This document shows positions 18,066 to 26,829 of a stretch of DNA of 59,732 nucleotides, in pieces. Within the stretch, counting starts at the first letter, position 1; each line of letters starts with the position of its first letter. The DNA is from a virus. Its lineage: Duplodnaviria > Caudoviricetes. The notes under the pieces are model-generated. The model was not told where the DNA came from. It did no database searches and was given only the letters and a program-made list of their open reading frames with translations. The stretch is from the IMG/VR virus record IMGVR_UViG_3300025813_000004, positions 1-59,732 of that record; one strand, given 5' to 3'. The position numbers and the translations under genes are program-made.

Positions 18066-18551
18066 ATGGATAATCGTGATTTTAAATTAATGTTTGCCGA
18101 TAAGATAATAGTTGATGGTGTTTGCTATATGCAGGTTGCGACAGGATCAGATAAAGAAAAGAAAATAACTACTACTACGTTTATGAACGAAGAACAATTT
18201 AAAAATACATTCAATCATACCTATGATGGTAAAGTTGATATGATTGAAATTAATCAACCATATTATGATATGAAAAATTTAAAATATAAACCAACAAAAA
18301 TAACCGAAGTATTAAATACTGAAACAAATAAATGGGAACGTGTTAATAGTCTTGCTGATGTTAATAAAGATGATATTTATAGAATATTTGAACTTGATAG
18401 GATTACTCCTGTATTAGACGACATGACAAAAGAACATATAATGTATGCTATTAAAAATCCCTATATTGCTGATAACGGAAGAAATTGCGTAGAATCATAT
18501 ACACTACGTGAAGTTAGAGATTATTTTACCGAAATATTAAACAATAATTAA
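18066..18551 (+). CDS. hypothetical protein inserted between terL and portal
   Basis: AAGGAG RBS; 161-aa ORF. Confidence 0.65.
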   Translation: MDNRDFKLMFADKIIVDGVCYMQVATGSDKEKKITTTTFMNEEQFKNTFNHTYDGKVDMIEINQPYYDMKNLKYKPTKITEVLNTETNKWERVNSLADVNKDDIYRIFELDRITPVLDDMTKEHIMYAIKNPYIADNGRNCVESYTLREVRDYFTEILNNN

Positions 18552-18568
18552 AACAGGAGGACTGCCTA

Positions 18569-20044
18569 ATGAGCAAGAAAAAGCAAGCTGTCAAAAGGCA
18601 GCCTACTACGAAACAATCTACCGAAAGAAGAAAATCTACACAAGATTCATTTTCTAACGTCTTAGGGCGATTGGGCATGGACCAGCCGGGAATGATGGGC
18701 GCAACGGATTACACACTAACCCGACTCACGAGAAATTATAATTTGCTTAACACACTTTATCGTAATTCTTGGATAGGTAAAAAGATAATTGAAACAATCC
18801 CGGGCGATATGGTTAAGAACTGGTTTTCAATTACAGCAGACCTAAAACCTGAAATTACTGACCGATATAATGACCTAGAACAGCGAACCTGCACAAAAGA
18901 CAAAATCAATGAAGGTTTGTGCTGGGGCGATTTATACGGCGGTGCTGCTGCTATTATAATGATTGCTGGCGAAGAGGATTTATTAGATCAGCCACTTGAA
19001 CTTGATAATATAATGCCAAATAGCTATTGTGGATTGTTAATTGTTGATAGATGGTCTGGTGTATGTCCGGGAATTGAACGCATTGAAGATATTAGAGACC
19101 CTGAATTTGGATTACCTATATGGTATGAAGTGCGTGATGTTACTAAAGACAATGCAACGGTTAGAGTACATCATAGCCGTGTATTGCGATTTTGTGGACG
19201 TAGATTGCCATACTGGGAAAACATGTCGGAAATTGGTTGGGGTGCATCACAATTAGAGCATGTATTTGATGAACTTGCAAAACGTGACAATACATCTTGG
19301 AATATTGCAAGCCTAGTATTCCAAGCGAATTTGATTGTTAATAAGGTTAGTGACTTTGACCAAATAATAGCGGCAACTGATCCAGACGTGCAACGAGACT
19401 TTTATGCTGTAAAATCAGCGCAAAACCAAATGCGTAATAATAATGGCATGATGATTATAGGTAATAACGATGAAGTAACTGCAATGAATTATACTTTTGC
19501 AGGGCTTAATGATATATATGAAAGTCAAATGCTAGATATAGCAGGAGCAGCAGAAATTCCAGTAACTAAACTATTTGGGCGAGCACCAGCCGGAATGAAT
19601 GCAACTGGCGAATCAGACTTGCAAAACTATTATGATATGGTATCACAACGCCAAGAATCACAATTAAAACCAATAATAAATAAATTACTACCTGTTATGT
19701 TTATGTCTGAGTTTGGACAAGTTCCAGATGATTTAGGGATTAGATTTAATGCAATACAAACACCTACAGAGGATAAAATGGCCGATATTGTAGCAAAGAA
19801 AACAACTTGTATATATCAAGCATATGATTCTGGTATAATAAGTCAGCAAATGGCATTAAAAGAATTACAAGAATTGTCGTATACTACTAATATGTTTAGT
19901 AGCGTAACTAATGAAATAGTTGAAGCTGCAAGCAATGATATTACTTTAAAACCGGAAACAGAATTAGTAGGTGAAGATTATGGATTGGAAACCCCAACGC
20001 AGAATAGAAACGGACTACCAGAAATTACTAACGAACCTATTTAA
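18569..20044 (+). CDS. Portal protein (DUF1073-type)
   Basis: LYRNSWI..., VHHSRVLRF, IPVTKLFGRAPAGMNATGESDLQNYYD. Confidence 0.92.
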   Translation: MSKKKQAVKRQPTTKQSTERRKSTQDSFSNVLGRLGMDQPGMMGATDYTLTRLTRNYNLLNTLYRNSWIGKKIIETIPGDMVKNWFSITADLKPEITDRYNDLEQRTCTKDKINEGLCWGDLYGGAAAIIMIAGEEDLLDQPLELDNIMPNSYCGLLIVDRWSGVCPGIERIEDIRDPEFGLPIWYEVRDVTKDNATVRVHHSRVLRFCGRRLPYWENMSEIGWGASQLEHVFDELAKRDNTSWNIASLVFQANLIVNKVSDFDQIIAATDPDVQRDFYAVKSAQNQMRNNNGMMIIGNNDEVTAMNYTFAGLNDIYESQMLDIAGAAEIPVTKLFGRAPAGMNATGESDLQNYYDMVSQRQESQLKPIINKLLPVMFMSEFGQVPDDLGIRFNAIQTPTEDKMADIVAKKTTCIYQAYDSGIISQQMALKELQELSYTTNMFSSVTNEIVEAASNDITLKPETELVGEDYGLETPTQNRNGLPEITNEPI

Positions 20045-20795
20045 TCAATTTAGTACTCAAATAATAACCTCTCGTAAACGTGATGTAATTATAAGATTAA
20101 CAAATAAAATAATTAAATCAGATTGGTTTAAAGATTTTGCTACAACAGCAGCTTATAAAATGATAACGATGACTAGAAAAGATACTGGCAAATCATGGCG
20201 GCAAGCTGCGCAAAAATCATCACATGGCAGAAAAATATTTGAACTATTAAAAAATGAAACAGATAACGATAAAACATTTCAAAGTTTACTTGATAGGAAT
20301 GTACATTATATTAAATCAGCACCTATTGATATGGCTGAACGAATGGTTAAACATGTGTCTAGCGCGCAAATCGCAGGCAGAAGACCTGAGGAGATAGCTG
20401 ACGAGCTAAAAAAGTTATTTCCACATATGACTAAGGCTAAGGCTCAATTGATAGCTAGAACAGAATCTGCTAAAGCATCATCAGAATTAGTACAGTCTAG
20501 AGCAGAACGATTAGGCTTTAATTGGTATATATGGTCTAGTGTTCAAGATCAACGTGTAAGAAGTTCTCACAAGCACATGCAAGGGGTTCTAGTTAATTAC
20601 AATGATCCGCCTGATCCTGAGAAATTAGCAGGTGAAAAAAAGTCATACGGACACTACAACGCAGGCGAAATATTTAACTGTAGGTGTTTTGCATCCGTAG
20701 TATTTGATATTAACGAAATATCTTGGCCACACAAAGTATATTACAATAATAAAATTGTAATGATGACAAAAGCGGAATTTAAGCGTATAATGTAA
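19980..20795 (+). CDS. Minor head morphogenesis protein (Mu gpF / SPP1 gp7 family)
   Basis: AQLIARTE, YIWSSVQDQRVRSSH, GEIFNCRC. Confidence 0.92.
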   Translation: MDWKPQRRIETDYQKLLTNLFNQFSTQIITSRKRDVIIRLTNKIIKSDWFKDFATTAAYKMITMTRKDTGKSWRQAAQKSSHGRKIFELLKNETDNDKTFQSLLDRNVHYIKSAPIDMAERMVKHVSSAQIAGRRPEEIADELKKLFPHMTKAKAQLIARTESAKASSELVQSRAERLGFNWYIWSSVQDQRVRSSHKHMQGVLVNYNDPPDPEKLAGEKKSYGHYNAGEIFNCRCFASVVFDINEISWPHKVYYNNKIVMMTKAEFKRIM

Positions 20796-20797
20796 AT

Positions 20798-20905
20798 ATG
20801 GGATAGCCCCGGAGTAATTGCCCGGCGCGACAAGACGAACTCTGAACGTCTTCCCATTTAAAATAACAATTTAATATTCAGAGAAAAATACTACTGACAG
20901 AGGAG
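20798..20905 (+). promoter_or_regulatory. Structured, pseudoknot-capable RNA leader upstream of HNH gene
   Basis: Closing stem 20798-802/20853-57; hairpins 20809-25 and 20832-52; loop CTCTGAA (20840-46) complementary to TTCAGAG (20877-83). Confidence 0.55.
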
Positions 20906-20915
20906 TGGTTTTGTT

Positions 20916-21533
20916 ATGGAACAATTTAAAAGATGTGTTCAATGTAAGAAAATAAAAGGTATATCTTTATTTTATAAAAATAAAAGCAAACCTGATGGAT
21001 TACAAAATATGTGTAAAGATTGTACAAAAGAAAACGATACAAAAAGAAATAAATCAGGTAAAAGAGCAAAATATTATATTGAATATTATAGATTGAGAAT
21101 TAAAACCGATGAAAAATTTCATGAAAAAGAAAAGATAAGGGCAAAAGAGTATTACAAAAGAAAATCGTTAGAAAATCCTGAAATTTATAAAGAAAATCGT
21201 AAAGAAAATCGTAAAAGGGAATATCAGAAAAACAGAGAAAAATACATATTAAAAGCTTATAAGCGATTAAAAAAATATAAAAATACAAAAGGTAGTTTTA
21301 ATCGTAAACAGTTAGAAGCTAAATTTTCTCTTTATGGGAATAGATGTGCTTATTGTGGAAGTGCCGAAAAAATAACTATAGATCATGTAATACCTTTAAA
21401 TAGAAATGGAACTCATTTCCCAGCAAATTTAGTTCCTTGTTGCCAAAAATGTAATTCTGCTAAAAGAGACAGAAAAGGATGGATACCTCATTTACCACAT
21501 AGTAATATTTCTACTATTTTTCATATAATATGA
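20916..21533 (+). CDS. HNH endonuclease with N-terminal zinc finger
   Basis: KRCVQCK...CKDC; CAYCG...TIDHVIP...NLVPCCQKCNSAK. Confidence 0.9.
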   Translation: MEQFKRCVQCKKIKGISLFYKNKSKPDGLQNMCKDCTKENDTKRNKSGKRAKYYIEYYRLRIKTDEKFHEKEKIRAKEYYKRKSLENPEIYKENRKENRKREYQKNREKYILKAYKRLKKYKNTKGSFNRKQLEAKFSLYGNRCAYCGSAEKITIDHVIPLNRNGTHFPANLVPCCQKCNSAKRDRKGWIPHLPHSNISTIFHII

Positions 21534-21584
21534 TAGCCTGTCTCCTGCCACATTATATAAGGCAAATAATACTAAGGCGGTGTT

Positions 21585-21767
21585 ATGATGTACAAATACC
21601 ACGATTGTAAAGAACGCAAATATGTTGATGATACCGAACCAGAATGGGATAACATTAAACAAGAATGGTTTATTCGTAGTGATAGTGATGACAATGAGGG
21701 CATTCATGGTATTAAATATTGTCCATTTTGCGGTGAGAAATTAGATTATGACAAGGCAGTGTTATAA
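21585..21767 (+). CDS. cassette mini-gene (CPFCG zinc motif, ends DKAVL)
   Basis: Bounded by junction repeats. Confidence 0.7.
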   Translation: MMYKYHDCKERKYVDDTEPEWDNIKQEWFIRSDSDDNEGIHGIKYCPFCGEKLDYDKAVL

Positions 21768-21795
21768 ATGTTTAATAGAAAGGGGAGACAAGTAA

Positions 21796-22182
21796 ATGGG
21801 TTGCGACATAGAAATGTATGCAGAAGTAAATAAAAACGATAAGTGGGAACTTGTTAAAGATGGACAATTTGAATATTGCGTATATGATGGTCGTAATTAC
21901 GACCTATTTGCTTTACTAGCTGACGTTAGAAATAAAAATAATATAAAACCTATTGTAGAATGCAGATATTTGCCAGATGATTGTTGCGAATATGTTCGAG
22001 ACGCTTTCTATAACGATTGTAATATTCATTCTATTAATTGGTATACACTAGATGAATTATTTAAATATAAAAAAGAGATTGAATTTATTAGTGACTGTTT
22101 TTGGAATAATATATGTAAATTATTAAACTACGTTAAGGAAGATGAGAAAAATATAAGAATTATATTTGGATTTGGTAATTAA
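21796..22182 (+). CDS. hypothetical phage protein (MGCDI...RNYDLFALLADVRN...RIIFGF)
   Basis: Strong RBS; recognisable conserved phage pattern. Confidence 0.75.
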   Translation: MGCDIEMYAEVNKNDKWELVKDGQFEYCVYDGRNYDLFALLADVRNKNNIKPIVECRYLPDDCCEYVRDAFYNDCNIHSINWYTLDELFKYKKEIEFISDCFWNNICKLLNYVKEDEKNIRIIFGFGN

Positions 22183-22198
22183 AGGTGGTGCAATCATA

Positions 22199-22399
22199 AT
22201 GGATTGGATTAGCATAACAGATCGTGGCGATTATATAGAAATACAAACAAAAAGAAAAAACAATAATGATGAAGATATTAAACATTTGCAATTTAATCTA
22301 CGCCAAAAATATAAGTCAATTAATAAATATGTAATAGTAGATAATTATGGAAACATTATGCAGATTACACCAAAGCGTATTGACAAGGCGGTGTTATAA
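22199..22399 (+). CDS. cassette mini-gene (starts MDWIS, ends DKAVL)
   Basis: Start shares 20 bp with the 23288 gene start. Confidence 0.65.
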   Translation: MDWISITDRGDYIEIQTKRKNNNDEDIKHLQFNLRQKYKSINKYVIVDNYGNIMQITPKRIDKAVL

Positions 22400-22606
22400 A
22401 TGGATAAAAAACCATATTTTAGATTAAATGAAGAAGAATTTGGAATAAAATTCAGAGAAGAATATAAAAAGTTTATGAAAAATATTACACTTTCACCTTC
22501 CGATCAAACAATACAAAGAATGTTTGATTTAGCTGATGGTTATAATAAACCATATTTTTATGATAGAGCAATTGATTTGATTGTTTTACCAAAGGCGGTG
22601 TTATGA
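22400..22606 (+). CDS. cassette mini-gene (ends PKAVL)
   Basis: Bounded by junction repeats. Confidence 0.7.
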   Translation: MDKKPYFRLNEEEFGIKFREEYKKFMKNITLSPSDQTIQRMFDLADGYNKPYFYDRAIDLIVLPKAVL

Positions 22607-22609
22607 ATA

Positions 22610-22819
22610 ATGAGATTTATTAAATCATTGTTTTGTTTACATCAATGGGATAAAGCAGAAAATAATTTAATTTATTGCTCCAATCAATATAAAATACTAT
22701 ATAATATATATGGTGAAACAAGAGAATATTGGTTTTGTAAAAAATGCAATAAAATTATAGCGCAAAATATACATAATACGCCTATAAGTTATGTATCTGC
22801 TGATAAGGCGGTGTTGTGA
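22610..22819 (+). CDS. cassette mini-gene (FCLHQW...CKKC, ends DKAVL)
   Basis: Bounded by junction repeats. Confidence 0.7.
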   Translation: MRFIKSLFCLHQWDKAENNLIYCSNQYKILYNIYGETREYWFCKKCNKIIAQNIHNTPISYVSADKAVL

Positions 22820-23031
22820 TGTTTAATGCTTTAAAAACAAATAGAAAATTGCGAAAAGAAATTGAAGAAATGGAATTAGATCATCTAGTTAGGTTAAATA
22901 GATTAATAGATGAAAGAGACTTGGCATATAAAATTATTGAAAATGATAAACAGCGCATAAACGAATTAGAAGACGCTTTATTTGAAATACGTATGAATAA
23001 CAAACTAACTGCTGATAAGGCGGTGTTATGA
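22816..23031 (+). CDS. cassette mini-gene (coiled coil, ends DKAVL)
   Basis: Bounded by junction repeats. Confidence 0.7.
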   Translation: MMFNALKTNRKLRKEIEEMELDHLVRLNRLIDERDLAYKIIENDKQRINELEDALFEIRMNNKLTADKAVL

Positions 23032-23288
23032 TGGATGATTTAGCAAATATATATATACAACTAAACGATCAACTAAACAAGCAAATAAACAAAGTAGTAA
23101 GTAAAAAAAACAAAAACTCAGCAACTACTATAGAAGATATAAAAATAGAAGTAAAAAAAGTATTAGATAAATTTGAAGTAAAAAAAAGATACAAAACAAA
23201 AACTTATATTAATGATAGGAAAGAAGTTACTATAGAATTTATGCCATTACCTCAACATATTAAAATATCTTTGGAGGTAACAAAATAA
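23028..23288 (+). CDS. hypothetical protein
   Basis: Starts in the last junction repeat. Confidence 0.65.
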   Translation: MMDDLANIYIQLNDQLNKQINKVVSKKNKNSATTIEDIKIEVKKVLDKFEVKKRYKTKTYINDRKEVTIEFMPLPQHIKISLEVTK

Positions 23289-23677
23289 TGGATTGGATTA
23301 GCATGAAGGATAGATTACCAGAAGATAGTCAACGAGTAATTATATGTGATGATGATTATAAAAATATATGGATATGTTTTTTTATAAAAGATAAACAAAA
23401 ATTTATGCTTAGTGCAATATCAGATTGCCCAGCAGAATTTAGTGTAAATCGTGTAACTCACTGGATGCCACTACCAGAATCGCCACAAGATAGTTTTAGA
23501 ACTAAATTTGCTGATGACTATAAAAACTATAAATATGTAACCGACATATCTTTTTATGGTAAAGAAAATGCAGATATATTTTTGGAATATTGGAGCGCAG
23601 TAGATAAAAAAGATTTTGATAAAATTAAAGAATTATCATTAATGATTGACTCCATAATTGCGGATCGTAAATCATGA
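23288..23677 (+). CDS. DUF551-like protein
   Basis: MDWISMKDRLP...VTHWMPLPESP. Confidence 0.85.
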   Translation: MDWISMKDRLPEDSQRVIICDDDYKNIWICFFIKDKQKFMLSAISDCPAEFSVNRVTHWMPLPESPQDSFRTKFADDYKNYKYVTDISFYGKENADIFLEYWSAVDKKDFDKIKELSLMIDSIIADRKS

Positions 23678-23711
23678 AATACTGCAAATATTGTCAAAAG
23701 AGGTGCTATAG

Positions 23712-24017
23712 ATGATTGAAATATCAAGGAACGATAAATGGATACCTATTAATCCAAGCATTGGAGATATACTAAAACCTAATGATATTTATAGATACGA
23801 TAGTAACCCGAAACTTTTATATAGATGTACTGATTTTCGACAAACCTCAACTACCACTTACGAAATAACTTGTATCCCTGAGTGTTGTCCTACTATAAAT
23901 TCCAAAGGGGAAATAGATAGGATACATTGCAATAAATGCACTTTAGATGATAAAGGATTACATAAATGCGAAAAATATTCTATAGATAGTAATAAATGCA
24001 AATGGTATGAATCATGA
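23712..24017 (+). CDS. hypothetical Cys-rich protein
   Basis: GAGGTG RBS; flanked by a 28-bp imperfect direct repeat. Confidence 0.6.
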   Translation: MIEISRNDKWIPINPSIGDILKPNDIYRYDSNPKLLYRCTDFRQTSTTTYEITCIPECCPTINSKGEIDRIHCNKCTLDDKGLHKCEKYSIDSNKCKWYES

Positions 24018-24211
24018 AATACTGCCCATACTGTCAACGACAAGTTAGACCTATATCGCGACGCAAAGGTGTAAACTGGTTGCTAGTAATAGCACTAACG
24101 TTATTAAGTGGTGGTATATTCCTTGTTATTTATTTAGCATACAAACTATTATGTGGCATGTTTAGAAGTAGTGAAGATTGCGTATGTCCTATATGTAACG
24201 CAAAACTTTAA
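24014..24211 (+). CDS. LITAF-like zinc-ribbon membrane protein
   Basis: CPYC - hydrophobic hairpin - CPIC. Confidence 0.7.
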   Translation: MKYCPYCQRQVRPISRRKGVNWLLVIALTLLSGGIFLVIYLAYKLLCGMFRSSEDCVCPICNAKL

Positions 24212-24226
24212 TTTAATACGATACCA

Positions 24227-24256
24227 AAGAACACTTATATTTAGGTGTTCTTTTTA
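24227..24256 (+). terminator. Rho-independent terminator
   Basis: AAAGAACACTTA-TATT-TAGGTGTTCTTTTT. Confidence 0.75.
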
Positions 24257-24280
24257 TTTTGCCCAAAAGGAGATTATGTG

Positions 24281-24712
24281 ATGACACGATATACACAAGC
24301 AATAACAGTTGATAGTAATTTCATGTATACATTATTGATTAAACGTAATAATGAGCCAAGCAAAGGATTATTATCTGGGGTTGGTGGACATATTGAAAAA
24401 AACGAATCTCCTGAGAATTGTATGATTCGCGAATGGGCAGAAGAAGTTGGATCACCATTACTGAAAGATACACGTATGATTAAATTAATGACGCAGATCC
24501 TTCCAGATTGTGAAAATCATATATTTGGTATTATATTGCCACAAGTCGATATTTACTTTATGCATAAAGATGATACTGACAACGAAGGTTTAATAAGATG
24601 GCATCATATAGCAGGTGAAAATATTATGGATATTAACAATAAAAATGTTGCATGGGATGGACTTATTCCGTTGTGTTTAAATTTGCTATGCAAGGAGATG
24701 TCAAAGGTATGA
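24281..24712 (+). CDS. NUDIX hydrolase
   Basis: Nudix box GGHIEKNESPENCMIREWAEEVG. Confidence 0.85.
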   Translation: MTRYTQAITVDSNFMYTLLIKRNNEPSKGLLSGVGGHIEKNESPENCMIREWAEEVGSPLLKDTRMIKLMTQILPDCENHIFGIILPQVDIYFMHKDDTDNEGLIRWHHIAGENIMDINNKNVAWDGLIPLCLNLLCKEMSKV

Positions 24713-24942
24713 AATGCCCACAATGTGAAACAGACGTTACCCCAATCTACAAACAATCAATACAACTTAGTTATATAGCATTATTTATTATCTCTGCAAT
24801 CACGCAGGGATATTTTTTATTTATATATGTTCCATTTAGATTATTTGCAATATTTATGACAGGAGAACATCATTGTCCAATATGTAATCATAATTTTGGA
24901 AGAGCAACAAAGTATTTTAATAACTACATAAGGAGGGATTAA
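24709..24942 (+). CDS. Second LITAF-like zinc-ribbon membrane protein
   Basis: MKCPQC - hydrophobic segment - HHCPIC. Confidence 0.7.
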   Translation: MKCPQCETDVTPIYKQSIQLSYIALFIISAITQGYFLFIYVPFRLFAIFMTGEHHCPICNHNFGRATKYFNNYIRRD

Positions 24943-24943
24943 G

Positions 24944-25108
24944 ATGCCGTTGGAAAAAGGTTCTTCACAAAAAGTAATTTCTGAGAATATATCAGAGCTA
25001 GTTAAGTCTGGTCATTCTCAAAAACAAGCAGTTACTATTGCAATGAAGTCTGCTGGCAAGTCGTGGCATACAGATAAAGCAATTGATAATTATCATATTC
25101 CTAAATAA
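24944..25108 (+). CDS. small conserved phage head-module protein
   Basis: [33 protein letters not shown]...; AGGAGG RBS. Confidence 0.75.
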   Translation: MPLEKGSSQKVISENISELVKSGHSQKQAVTIAMKSAGKSWHTDKAIDNYHIPK

Positions 25109-25168
25109 AGGAGGTGATCCAATCTACAGCAGGTTAATGTCCTGTTAATTTAATAGAAAGGAGAAACT

Positions 25169-26260
25169 ATGACGATAAATATAAACAATTATGAGCCCAT
25201 GACTGGACAAATGATTAGAAATGATGGTGGTGTAGTGAATATCGCAGAAATACTTGCATATATGGCAAGTGGTGCAGGAATGGTAAAACCAGACAATTAT
25301 TTATATGTCGGTAAAAATGGTAATGACACTACTGGTGATGGTAGCGCAAATTTACCTTATTTAACTATTAGTAAAGCTATTACTGTAGCAAGTTCAGGAA
25401 CAACAATTTTTGCTTTTCCGGGTACATATGTAGAAAATATTACATTTAAAGCAGGCGTATATATTACATCACCTGTAAAGTTTGGGGTATATATTACCGG
25501 TAATCATGTTGCTAATTTTTCGGGTACAGTTATTGTTGACGGAATTATTTTGCAATCTACGGCAGGAACTACATTATCGTTTTCCGGTACAGGAGCACAG
25601 AATTTACAGATACTTGGCGGTTCTAGTGTTAATTCTGGTTCTGGTGATGCAATAAATTGGACAAACACAAATACAAGTTCAAAACTTTATTTTGAAGATG
25701 GTACTTGTAATGTTTCTACTAGTGGAGCTAGTGCAAGATGTTTTTATAGCACTACAGGAGCAGCAGGCAGTTTTATTGCAAATAGAGTTAGCTTTAAAGT
25801 CAATAATCCTGACAATGTTTGCTTAGCTATTGGCGGATCTATTTCGTTTACTCACACGTCAGATCAAATCATTGGCCAAGTAACAGTTGCAAATACAGCA
25901 AGTGCCACTATTGCAATGGTGAGTATGGTAACATCTACCGTGCCAGCTTTAAATACTACATCATCTGGAACAGTAACAGTTGTTAATGCTACAGTTACTA
26001 CTACAGCATCACCAGCATTTACAGGTGCAGGAATACTTGTACATGTTGCTATTTTATACACAAGTACAGGCGTTGGTGGTGCATCTACGTTAAATGGTGG
26101 ATTAGGACCTATTGGTTTACCTATGGGTAGCATAAAACTTAGATCATCGGCTTTAGTTCCGGCTGGACAAGTTGCCGCAGGGCAAAATACAGGGGCATTT
26201 GAATTCGATGGTACACATTTATATTTTACAATTGGGACTACAAGAAATGTAGTAATTTAG
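25169..26260 (+). CDS. Putative virion-associated beta-helix/decoration protein
   Basis: YVGKNGNDTTGDGSANLPYLTISKA motif; Gly/Thr/Ser-rich; in head module. Confidence 0.6.
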   Translation: MTININNYEPMTGQMIRNDGGVVNIAEILAYMASGAGMVKPDNYLYVGKNGNDTTGDGSANLPYLTISKAITVASSGTTIFAFPGTYVENITFKAGVYITSPVKFGVYITGNHVANFSGTVIVDGIILQSTAGTTLSFSGTGAQNLQILGGSSVNSGSGDAINWTNTNTSSKLYFEDGTCNVSTSGASARCFYSTTGAAGSFIANRVSFKVNNPDNVCLAIGGSISFTHTSDQIIGQVTVANTASATIAMVSMVTSTVPALNTTSSGTVTVVNATVTTTASPAFTGAGILVHVAILYTSTGVGGASTLNGGLGPIGLPMGSIKLRSSALVPAGQVAAGQNTGAFEFDGTHLYFTIGTTRNVVI

Positions 26261-26273
26261 AGGAGGAAAGAAA

Positions 26274-26816
26274 ATGGCAATAGATTTAAACGTAATGACT
26301 TCGGCTGGTAGTAAAACTAGCACGGAGGGAATTTATGCAACATATGGAGTAGCTGGTGTGGCAAATACCCCGGCAGCAACACCAACCGATGTTGTAATTT
26401 TAAATGGTTCAGCAACAAAAACAGTAAAAATTAAAAGGGTAACAGTATCAGGACTTGCAACAACAGCAGGCAGCATGAACGTATCACTTATTAAACGTAC
26501 AGCAGTAAATACAACAGGAACTTCAACAGCTCCTAGTATTGCACAGTTTGATAGTTTAGATGCGGCAGCAACAGCAGTACCTAAATTATATACCGCAAAC
26601 CCATCTGCTTTAGGTGCAGGAGTAGCGTTATCTTCACAAACATTAAATTTTGGTGTAGCTGGAGCGGCAGGAACAGTTGTTTTTGATTTTGCAAATCGTA
26701 ATGATAAAGCAATTTACTTGCATGGTGTAGCGGAAGGTTTAGCAATTAATTTAAATGGTGAAGCAGTTCCAACCGGTGGTACATTTGGTTACACTATTGA
26801 ATTTGAAGAAATCTAA
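26274..26816 (+). CDS. Putative virion structural protein
   Basis: Ala/Thr/Gly-rich beta protein with strong RBS. Confidence 0.6.
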   Translation: MAIDLNVMTSAGSKTSTEGIYATYGVAGVANTPAATPTDVVILNGSATKTVKIKRVTVSGLATTAGSMNVSLIKRTAVNTTGTSTAPSIAQFDSLDAAATAVPKLYTANPSALGAGVALSSQTLNFGVAGAAGTVVFDFANRNDKAIYLHGVAEGLAINLNGEAVPTGGTFGYTIEFEEI

Positions 26817-26829
26817 TAGGGGTGATTAA

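Larger units (their letters stand above)
21574..23031 (+). repeat. Dispersed junction repeat AAGGCRGTGTTRTRA x6 (21574, 21753, 22385, 22592, 22805, 23017; degenerate copy 22182) delimiting mini-gene cassettes
   Basis: Directly visible. Each copy encodes KAVL* and contains an SD-like sequence with an adjacent start codon. Confidence 0.92.

Noticed and set aside
21574-23031. Classical CRISPR array or integron attC array
   Set aside because: Repeats are short, non-palindromic and overlap coding ends; intervening units are ~200-bp ORFs; no cas or IntI gene. Kept as a separate finding.
25107-25122. 16S rRNA gene fragment
   Set aside because: Only a ~15-nt match to the anti-SD region with no flanking rRNA sequence.
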